Shown here: in pieces, positions 25,142 through 32,000 of the stretch
How the letters are laid out: every line of letters starts with the position of its first letter
How positions within the stretch are numbered: position 1 is the first letter of the stretch
Assembly: GCF_000092465.1 (NCBI RefSeq)
Contig: NC_014205.1
Span: forward strand, 300,001-332,000
Reading direction: 5' to 3'
DNA: 32,000 nt
Source: Staphylothermus hellenicus DSM 12710
GTDB lineage: Archaea; Thermoproteota; Thermoprotei_A; Sulfolobales; Desulfurococcaceae
Made by a program: the position numbers and the translations under genes
The notes under the pieces: generated by a model
What the model was told of the DNA's origin: nothing
The model's database searches: none
Seen by the model: the letters and a program-made list of their open reading frames with translations, nothing else

Positions 25142-28100
25142 TCAATTATTACCTAAATCCTTTCCCTTAGAGGTCTTCTTCCTTATATAAACATAGAAAA
25201 ATATAGTTATTGGAAGAATTACTAGAAGTAATAAAAGTAATAAATTATTTTGATCAAATATATTGTTAGAATTAATGTTTTCCTCTATATATTTTACTTT
25301 GACATAGTTGCTAAGTGTTTTTTGATACTTGTTTGTACCATTGAAAACAGAAATAAATGTTGTTGTATCTGAAAAGTTATATGTTATCGCTAAGACTGCG
25401 TATCCAGTTGAATTAGTTATTGCTGTTCCAATATATACTAGCCTACTATTATTGATAATATAGAAATCTATTGTAGCATTAACGATGGGTAATAGTTTGT
25501 AATCCACTAGTCTTGCAGCTAACAATATTGTTTCATGTTTCCCGGCTCTGGTTGTATTGGTGAATAATAGTAGAAAAGTTTGTATCTTTAATACTTTTAA
25601 AATTATAGTATCGCTGTGTGTATCACTATAAATTTGTCTATAATTGTTTTTTCCGGGAGCACTATATACTGCTTTAATAAGGTATGTTCCAGAATTATTG
25701 AAGGATATATAAAAATATGCTATACCATATTGATCAGTGTAGTTTACGGCGAGCTTGCTCCAATCAGCTCCTTTCGTATTAATCCATAATTCAACTGGTT
25801 GTTGAGAGAGTGGTTTAATAAATGGAAAGAGAGTATTTAACCTGGCTTTAACAAGTATTCTCTCCTTTACATAGGCACTCTTTGGAGCTTCAAGGAGTAG
25901 AAAAGTTTCCACAGGAACTATTCTGATTTCGACGTAATTGCTTATTGTTCCACTAAAGGTTAGGTTTCCATAGTATACAGCTCTATAAGTATAATTGCCT
26001 GCATAGGGCTCATATATCTTGAAAATAGTGTGGCCTGTTGTATCAGTAATATTTTTCCCAATAGTTATCCAAGTATTATTAATACGTTTCTGGAGATAAA
26101 CAGTGGCTTGTCTAATAGATTTTTTATTTGAATATAAATATGCAGCCAATGTAAAAGTTGTGTTAACAAGTATTTCTTTACTACTGCTCACTAATGATAA
26201 TTTTGTAGATGTTGATGCTATTGTTAAACTGAAATTTCTTATGGAAGGATTATATACATAGTCTTTACCCCCATATAATAGCCTATAATTAAATATTCCG
26301 CTTTTATCTTCGATCCATGATAAATATACTATACCGTTTTCATCGGTTGTATTATAGGATATTTTAATCCATGTGTCATTAACTAGTTTTTCAAGCCAGA
26401 CAATACTTTTTCTTATAGGTCTATGTTTTTCATCTACAAGTTTCGCTAATATATGGATTGGTTCTTCAGTTGCTCCGCTGATTGGTTTATTTATGATTAT
26501 AAATTGTGTATTTAGTTTTTTAACATGTATAGTTATAGTGTTTGTGGCTGCTCCTATAAACGTCGTGTTTCCTTCATAGCGGGCCCTGAAAATATAGGTT
26601 CCATTCCTTGTAAACCTATAAGTTATTGATGCATAGCCGTTGGAATCTGTAGTTGACATATTTGTTATTATCCATGAATTCCGGGTCTTATTATATATTT
26701 CCAAATATACTTTTGCATTTCTTACTGGACGAACTATTTTATTACATGTATGGTTAAGACTTATTGTAAATATTGCGGATTCATAAACTTTTACATTTGT
26801 ACTATTTGTTTCAGCTTCTATACGTGTTGGGGCTCTATGTATTGATAGAGATACTATATTTGATTCTGCATCGAATAATAAGTGTTTAAAGCTTCCACTA
26901 TAGTTTGCCTTCAACAAGTATTCGTTGCTGGATAAGAAGATATGGGTATAGTTTAGAAATCCGTTTTTATCAGTGATTCCTGAAAAGATCTTATGCCAGG
27001 TTACCCCGTTATCAGAGCTTAACCAGACATCTATTTTTTCTCCGCTTACTGGGATACCGCTGTTCTTCAAAAATAGTTTAATAGAAATATTGACTGGTTC
27101 GACAGTGTATAGACTGGTTTTTGATACATTAATATATAGTGCTGTTACCCCGTATACTCTTACTTGTAATATATTATTTGTCAGAGTGTATTGTGACATG
27201 TTATCTCCAGGGTATACTGCGATATAATAGTATATTTCGTTCATTGGTTTTGCAAGGACTATTTCGGCTGAGCCATTCATATCAGTAATTGATGAACCTA
27301 TATATGTCCAGTTCACACGATTACTGCTTTCGTAAAAAAGGATCTGTTTATTGGATAGTGGTTGTCTAGTATCATTAAGATATAGAGTTGCGGTTATTCT
27401 AAACGATTCATTATCCATTACCATGTGTGGACCCGATAAATACAGTTTTACAGGTTCCCCTATGGATACTCTTACATATACAGGTCCTTCAACAATGTTT
27501 TCCTGTGTGATATTATATGTGTCCCTAGGATCTCGAGTATATATTATGCTAACATACCATTGCCAGTCATCTTGTAGAGAATAATTGCCATTGATTATAT
27601 TAATATACTTCGAGATATGTGCTAAGCCATTTAGATTAGTTGTTGTGGTTATGACGTGCTTATACAGATATACTCCACTGCTATTCCTATAATATATGAT
27701 TATAAGACCATACTTTGCAGTATCGGGGGGAGATGCTGCAGTTGTGTTTATCCATATATAGCTACCATTAACAAATTTCGCTGTAAGACCCGGTCCTATA
27801 ACTAGTCTAAACCTTCCACCAGCGGAATCCTCTGTTGCTCGTTTAACTGCTACATAGTAAATATGGTTATCCATATTTTCGGTTGGAGGAGGTGTTATGT
27901 AGGTTATTTTATCTAGAACCCCATATGTGCTCACTGTATGATTCAATAATTGTGGATCCCAACCACTAGTATTTAGTAAATATATATAGGCGTCAAGATC
28001 CGTCCTCAAAGGATCATTTGAGTAAGAAGTTATTCGAACGCCAAACCTAGATAAAAATTTGTGTCCGTTAATTGTCAATATAAATCTTTCAAAATGCGCG

Positions 28101-30250
28101 GGGATCCCGGCTACAGAGTTTCCAAATAATAAACTATTCTTCATAAAATACTTTGTAGCATTATATATTGTCCCATTTCTAAGATCGCCATTGTATATTA
28201 TCAGGGGAGCATTATCTTTGTTTAAGCTGTAATCGTATGTATAATTATTTCTTAACCCATAAAGGTATAGAAGATAATCTTTCAGCATAAAAGTATAGTT
28301 AACCGCTGCATATGCATCTAATACGCCAAAACCTTCATGGATATCTTTTAATCCATGATCAAGACTTGGACTATACTGGTTTCTAACTAAATCATAAGAT
28401 AATGTACCATTTAATGATCTTATTAGAGGATATGTTTCGTAACAAGAACTCTCCATTATTTCCTTAATCAACATAGTTGCTCCAATACCATAATCCTCAA
28501 CTACTCTATCCCAAAGACTAAGATTTGGAGATATATTGGTTGATTTAAGAATGCTTATAAGTATTGCGGCAACTCCAGCCACTATTGGTGCTGAAATACT
28601 TGTACCCATAGATGATTCATAATCTGATGGTTCAATATCAATAATGGATAAGTTCTTATCTATTATGCTATAGAATGGAGTATCTCCTTCATTGTTTGAG
28701 TCACTTGTATATATTGTGTGATCATAGTCTCCTCCAGGCGCTAATAGATCAGGTTTTATCACCTTATAAATAGAACTATATCCTCCTATGGTTGTATAAT
28801 ATGTTATATTATTGAATCCATTAACAGCTCCAACACTTATAACCCATGGAAAACCTGCTGGATAAATACTGGTAGCGTTTAAGTCTTCTCTTACACCATA
28901 ATTTCCAGTAGAAGCCACGATCACTATGCCTTGTTCAGCCAAGTTCTTTGTCGCTTCTTCGAGGGATGCCGAGTATTTTGTTGAGGATAAGCTAATGCTT
29001 ATAACACTAATATTATATATGTTTTTAACCCTGCTTATCTCGTCTAATGCGTTTAGAACATATGAAAGATAAATGTTTCCCTGATCATCGGCTACTCTGA
29101 ATATAGCAATATTTGCTTCTGGAGCGACACCACTGCTAATTGGGTATTTGTCTCTGGATATTATTGATGGAACACTTGCATTGAACCATAAATATATGTT
29201 TGACGAATTATGACGTAATCCTATGACGTAGTTTCCATAGTCATCTTTGCTAGTTATATTGTATGATAATAGTGTTTCAGCATTTATGTACTGGTTTCCG
29301 TCGAGATCACTTATATATTTGGTTTCCCAGGAACTATTTGAGCATACATATTCTAAGTCATTGTTCTTAATCGCGTCTAAGACGTTTTCGTATTTTATCG
29401 TCTTGTACAGGTATGCTTCATATGTATAGTTATTATTATAGGGAGCAATGTATATCTTAACCTTCAACTCTCCCATACTATATACCGGGATAGGAGTTAA
29501 CAAGAATGTTATGTGGTCTTGGCTCCCTGTATTTGTAATAGTGAAGGGCCCTTTAGACAATACTAGGTTTCCATTGGATCCATTGTTTTCTCCTATAATA
29601 ACTGATGCTACATGTGTTCCATGATCTAGTTCGTCTCTTAACGGATCAATACCTGTTAATGTTGCATCATAAGAATAAATTATTCTGCTACGATTAATTC
29701 CTGGAGCATCTACGTCTATACCAGTATCTATTAATGCCACAGTAACATATTTACCCTTAAAACCTAGATCCCATATTCTCGGTCTAATATTTATCTGCCT
29801 AGTAGCATAATGCAGGTCCGGATTCATTCTAGTATCTTCTTCAATAAACAATAGGTCTGAGTATCCATCTAAATCATAATCTGTTCTGAGAAGAGCTTCT
29901 CTGAGTAATTGGAGATTATAGTGGGGAATCTCTACTGCGACACCGTTTAAAACATTTCTCCACGGTCCACCTATTATTTTCCCATCTAGTGTTTGGATTA
30001 GTTTTAGATGATAACTACTAATTCTCGACGAGAACACAATTATTGCTCTAACAATTTTGTTTCGGGTATTGAGAAGATTATCACTAATATAGTCATGATC
30101 CTTATCTTTCAATGTGAACCAAGCCTGGGACAGGTATTTTTTATGAATAGGTTTCCCGTTATCTACAATGTAGTATGTAGGAGATATGATGCTGTGAATA
30201 ATTATGGTTATGATCAATATTGTGGAGGCTAGACCCATATTAAAACGCAT
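25142..30250 (-). CDS. Giant membrane-anchored subtilisin-like serine protease (peptidase S8, pyrolysin-like)
   Basis: 1702-aa ORF. It has an N-terminal signal/TM segment and a propeptide-like region. The catalytic residues are D175 (VALIDTGID), H210 (DHGTHVAS), N450 (ASTGN) and S551 (MGTSISAPIVAG; codon 28598-28600). A PPC/P-domain-like beta-sandwich, seven Ig-like repeats and a C-terminal TM (LLLLLLVILPITIFFYVYI) with an RKK stop-transfer follow. N-x-S/T sequons are numerous. Confidence 0.9.
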   Translation of the reverse strand: MRFNMGLASTILIITIIIHSIISPTYYIVDNGKPIHKKYLSQAWFTLKDKDHDYISDNLLNTRNKIVRAIIVFSSRISSYHLKLIQTLDGKIIGGPWRNVLNGVAVEIPHYNLQLLREALLRTDYDLDGYSDLLFIEEDTRMNPDLHYATRQINIRPRIWDLGFKGKYVTVALIDTGIDVDAPGINRSRIIYSYDATLTGIDPLRDELDHGTHVASVIIGENNGSNGNLVLSKGPFTITNTGSQDHITFLLTPIPVYSMGELKVKIYIAPYNNNYTYEAYLYKTIKYENVLDAIKNNDLEYVCSNSSWETKYISDLDGNQYINAETLLSYNITSKDDYGNYVIGLRHNSSNIYLWFNASVPSIISRDKYPISSGVAPEANIAIFRVADDQGNIYLSYVLNALDEISRVKNIYNISVISISLSSTKYSASLEEATKNLAEQGIVIVASTGNYGVREDLNATSIYPAGFPWVISVGAVNGFNNITYYTTIGGYSSIYKVIKPDLLAPGGDYDHTIYTSDSNNEGDTPFYSIIDKNLSIIDIEPSDYESSMGTSISAPIVAGVAAILISILKSTNISPNLSLWDRVVEDYGIGATMLIKEIMESSCYETYPLIRSLNGTLSYDLVRNQYSPSLDHGLKDIHEGFGVLDAYAAVNYTFMLKDYLLYLYGLRNNYTYDYSLNKDNAPLIIYNGDLRNGTIYNATKYFMKNSLLFGNSVAGIPAHFERFILTINGHKFLSRFGVRITSYSNDPLRTDLDAYIYLLNTSGWDPQLLNHTVSTYGVLDKITYITPPPTENMDNHIYYVAVKRATEDSAGGRFRLVIGPGLTAKFVNGSYIWINTTAASPPDTAKYGLIIIYYRNSSGVYLYKHVITTTTNLNGLAHISKYINIINGNYSLQDDWQWYVSIIYTRDPRDTYNITQENIVEGPVYVRVSIGEPVKLYLSGPHMVMDNESFRITATLYLNDTRQPLSNKQILFYESSNRVNWTYIGSSITDMNGSAEIVLAKPMNEIYYYIAVYPGDNMSQYTLTNNILQVRVYGVTALYINVSKTSLYTVEPVNISIKLFLKNSGIPVSGEKIDVWLSSDNGVTWHKIFSGITDKNGFLNYTHIFLSSNEYLLKANYSGSFKHLLFDAESNIVSLSIHRAPTRIEAETNSTNVKVYESAIFTISLNHTCNKIVRPVRNAKVYLEIYNKTRNSWIITNMSTTDSNGYASITYRFTRNGTYIFRARYEGNTTFIGAATNTITIHVKKLNTQFIIINKPISGATEEPIHILAKLVDEKHRPIRKSIVWLEKLVNDTWIKISYNTTDENGIVYLSWIEDKSGIFNYRLLYGGKDYVYNPSIRNFSLTIASTSTKLSLVSSSKEILVNTTFTLAAYLYSNKKSIRQATVYLQKRINNTWITIGKNITDTTGHTIFKIYEPYAGNYTYRAVYYGNLTFSGTISNYVEIRIVPVETFLLLEAPKSAYVKERILVKARLNTLFPFIKPLSQQPVELWINTKGADWSKLAVNYTDQYGIAYFYISFNNSGTYLIKAVYSAPGKNNYRQIYSDTHSDTIILKVLKIQTFLLLFTNTTRAGKHETILLAARLVDYKLLPIVNATIDFYIINNSRLVYIGTAITNSTGYAVLAITYNFSDTTTFISVFNGTNKYQKTLSNYVKVKYIEENINSNNIFDQNNLLLLLLLVILPITIFFYVYIRKKTSKGKDLGNN
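25286..27457 (-). repeat. Seven tandem ~100-aa Ig-like domain repeats (protein-level only) forming the stalk of the protease
   Basis: A recurrent block [V/I]x[V/L]x...W..I....TD.NG.a......G.Y...A.Y.G occurs at about aa 932-1035, 1036-1139, 1140-1245, 1246-1346, 1347-1446, 1447-1554 and 1555-1655. Examples are WTYIGSSITDMNGSA, WHKIFSGITDKNGFL, WIITNMSTTDSNGYA, WIKISYNTTDENGIV, WITIGKNITDTTGHT, WSKLAVNYTDQYGIA and LVYIGTAITNSTGYA. Confidence 0.75.
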
Positions 30251-30333
30251 TATATTGCATCCCCAACCATGTCAGCGGACAATTTCACTGATTTCCCTAG
30301 AATTTTATTATGATATAAAAATGTAAAAACTGT

Positions 30334-31863
30334 TTATTTGTTTAAGTATGTCTTCATATGAACCTCTAAAGGATTGTTTATTGTATAGTTTAGAGCTTTT
30401 ATAATGTTCATTGGTGAAACAGTTTTCTTCTGATGTAGAAGATGGTCTCCCACTAATCCATTAATGTATGCTCCTATACATGCGGATATGAATGGATTAT
30501 TAGTTTTAGCCAGCATAGATGCAACTATACCTGTTAGAACATCTCCTGTTCCACCGATTGACATGTATGGATTTCCTGTTTTGTTAAGCTTTGTTTGATG
30601 CCCATTACTTATGATGTCTATTGGTGCTTTTAGAAGGATAGTGGCGTTTAGTGTTTTAGCGGCTTCAACTACTTTTTCTACATCCTCTGCGGGTTTCCCG
30701 GATAAAGTTATATTTGTAAATGCTTTGAATTCTCCTCTATGAGGGGTTAGGACTGTTTTTCCATTAAACATTGTTTTTCCATATTCTATAGTGCGTAGTG
30801 CATCAGCATCTATTACGAGACTAATGTTTTTCTTCAGTAATTCATCAATAATCTTCTTAGCTGCTTCGAGTGTTTCAGGTAATCTGCCAAGACCAGGACC
30901 TATGACCACTACATGTGGACGTACCTCCACAATATATTCCAGAATGGTTTCAACATGTCTTGGCTCCAAGTATTCACCATTATAGGGGAGCGTTATTAGC
31001 TCTGGTGAGTATGATGCTATAATTTTTCTTACACTGCTCGGAACTATTATAAAAGCTAGATCAGATCCTGCCTCTAACGCGGCAAGGCCTGATAGGGCTG
31101 GTGCACCAGTAAATCTGTAGCTTCCACCTATAACCACTATTTTCCCAGCCATCCCCTTATGAGTATCTGGTTTACGTGGAGGAATACTGTATAAAACATC
31201 TCCCGGCCCAACATATGTTTGTGCATCCGGAGGAATACCAATATTTGCAACAACTATTTCACCAGTTATATCAGGTTTTTTTAAGAGACCGAGTTTAACA
31301 TCGTGGAATGTTACAGTGATATCTGCTTTGAAAGCTACTCCATGGATCTCGCCGGTATCAGGATTTAAGCCTGTAGGAGTATCTATTGATACTTTAAGCC
31401 TTGCACTAGTCTTATTTGCTTCTTCAACAAGTGTTTTTATAGGTTCTCGAAGAGCGCCCTTAACTCCTGTCCCTAATAATCCATCAATTATTACACCAGC
31501 ATCTCTAATAGGATCAATAATTCCCGGTTTATGAATAGTTATTGAGTTCATTCTAGAAACTATTTGGTAGTTTTCACGAGTATCCGGGTGATTAATTAGT
31601 TCAGGTCTATATGCTGGAACGATTTCTACATGGTAACCCTTACTGGCTAGGTATCTTGAAGCTACTAGTGAATCGCCGCCATTTCCGCCTCTACCCATCA
31701 GTACAACTATTTTTCCAGCCTCCTTTGGAGATATGCGCGAAGCAATTGTATCAGCTATGCTTTTACCAGCAGCCTCCATTAACCTAATGAGAGGAATACC
31801 TAATCCGATAGTGTTTGTTTCAAGAATTCTCATCTCATTAACTGTTATAACCAAGGAGATCAA
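30334..31863 (-). CDS. nnr: Bifunctional NAD(P)H-hydrate repair enzyme Nnr (YjeF_N epimerase + ADP-dependent dehydratase)
   Basis: YjeF_N blocks are EMRILE...LMEAAG and GRGGNGGDSLVASRYL. The carbohydrate-kinase-like C-terminal domain shows KGMAGKIVVIGGS..FTGAP, VIDADAL and GGTGDVLTG. The track ORF extends to TTG 31944. The family N-terminus favours TTG 31863 or 31854, or ATG 31833. Confidence 0.9.
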   Translation of the reverse strand: MISLVITVNEMRILETNTIGLGIPLIRLMEAAGKSIADTIASRISPKEAGKIVVLMGRGGNGGDSLVASRYLASKGYHVEIVPAYRPELINHPDTRENYQIVSRMNSITIHKPGIIDPIRDAGVIIDGLLGTGVKGALREPIKTLVEEANKTSARLKVSIDTPTGLNPDTGEIHGVAFKADITVTFHDVKLGLLKKPDITGEIVVANIGIPPDAQTYVGPGDVLYSIPPRKPDTHKGMAGKIVVIGGSYRFTGAPALSGLAALEAGSDLAFIIVPSSVRKIIASYSPELITLPYNGEYLEPRHVETILEYIVEVRPHVVVIGPGLGRLPETLEAAKKIIDELLKKNISLVIDADALRTIEYGKTMFNGKTVLTPHRGEFKAFTNITLSGKPAEDVEKVVEAAKTLNATILLKAPIDIISNGHQTKLNKTGNPYMSIGGTGDVLTGIVASMLAKTNNPFISACIGAYINGLVGDHLLHQKKTVSPMNIIKALNYTINNPLEVHMKTYLNK

Positions 31864-32000
31864 CCCTATAATCTCGTCTATATATATCTTATTCCATACG
31901 ATTCCTATATAGAAGCAAATATATAATGATATACTTCGCAGCAAATTCTTATTGATAATGAAAATACATGTTAAAACTAGATATTTATTGATCTATTTTT

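Noticed and set aside
25286-27457. The repeat region of the protease as a DNA-level repeat array, recombination hotspot or mobile insertion.
   Set aside because: The seven units are recognisable only at the protein-motif level and are strongly diverged. I saw no extended nucleotide identity between units.
21210-31534. Further shadow ORFs: 21210-21419+, 21968-22165+, 23637-23933+, 24611-24955+, 24627-24812+, 26373-26579+, 26973-27227+, 27351-27584+, 29247-29429+, 30008-30232+, 30791-30985+ and 31316-31534+.
   Set aside because: The reasoning is the same. They are antisense to supported CDSs and their sequences look non-protein-like.
2033-31863. An NAD theme (pncB at 2454-3629, the Sir2-like gene at 9507-10121, nnr at 30334-31863) as one functional system.
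   Set aside because: The genes are separated by many unrelated genes and lie on different strands and in different transcription units. The Sir2-like protein probably does not use NAD catalytically. This is treated as coincidence.
31834-31944. The hydrophobic N-terminal 37 aa of the Nnr ORF (MLRSISLYICFYIGIVW...) as a signal peptide or TM anchor.
   Set aside because: The segment starts at a TTG in AT-rich upstream sequence, and YjeF_N homologs begin near the ..T..EMR..E motif. It is most likely upstream non-coding sequence read through by the ORF caller.
1-32000. CRISPR arrays, tRNA or rRNA genes, transposases, integrases or toxin-antitoxin pairs that would mark a defense or mobile island.
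   Set aside because: I found no regularly spaced direct repeats, no GC-rich cloverleaf-sized segments other than the 16.27-kb hairpin, and no ORFs with recombinase, transposase or TA motifs. The context looks like core chromosome.

Overview
The window is an AT-rich, very gene-dense archaeal chromosomal segment. The proteins are I/K/E/Y-rich in the hyperthermophile style. Archaeal-specific markers are present: DtdA, Taw3, ArfC-type riboflavin reductase, ADP-forming acetyl-CoA synthetase alpha and a Hef-like helicase. This fits a low-GC Desulfurococcales-type crenarchaeon (Staphylothermus-like), but the taxon cannot be verified from the sequence alone.

I support about 31 protein genes. I found no rRNA or tRNA genes, CRISPR arrays, transposases or integrases. 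Many genes use TTG or GTG starts, and many abut or overlap by 1-4 nt, which suggests translational coupling.

Most content is housekeeping: Hsp20, riboflavin, NAD and molybdopterin cofactor genes, a block of four tRNA-related genes, AcdA, BtpA and Nnr.

Three regions deserve attention.
1. A seven-gene co-directional string at 4.4-10.1 kb: MoaD, MoaE, a Pol-beta-type nucleotidyltransferase, a metallophosphoesterase homolog with its metal ligands replaced, an EndoIV-like TIM barrel, a nuclease-less Hef/FANCM-type helicase with a wHTH tail, and a Sir2-fold protein lacking the catalytic residues. The last gene starts on the nucleotide after the helicase stop.
2. A six-gene, fully coupled membrane-associated MoxR AAA+ module at 16.3-22.7 kb: DUF4129-like, DUF4350-like, MoxR, DUF58, then two unassignable membrane proteins.
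3. A 1702-aa membrane-anchored S8 subtilase at 25.1-30.3 kb, with a large insert in the catalytic domain and seven tandem Ig-like stalk repeats.

All homology calls come from by-eye motif recognition. No database search was run.
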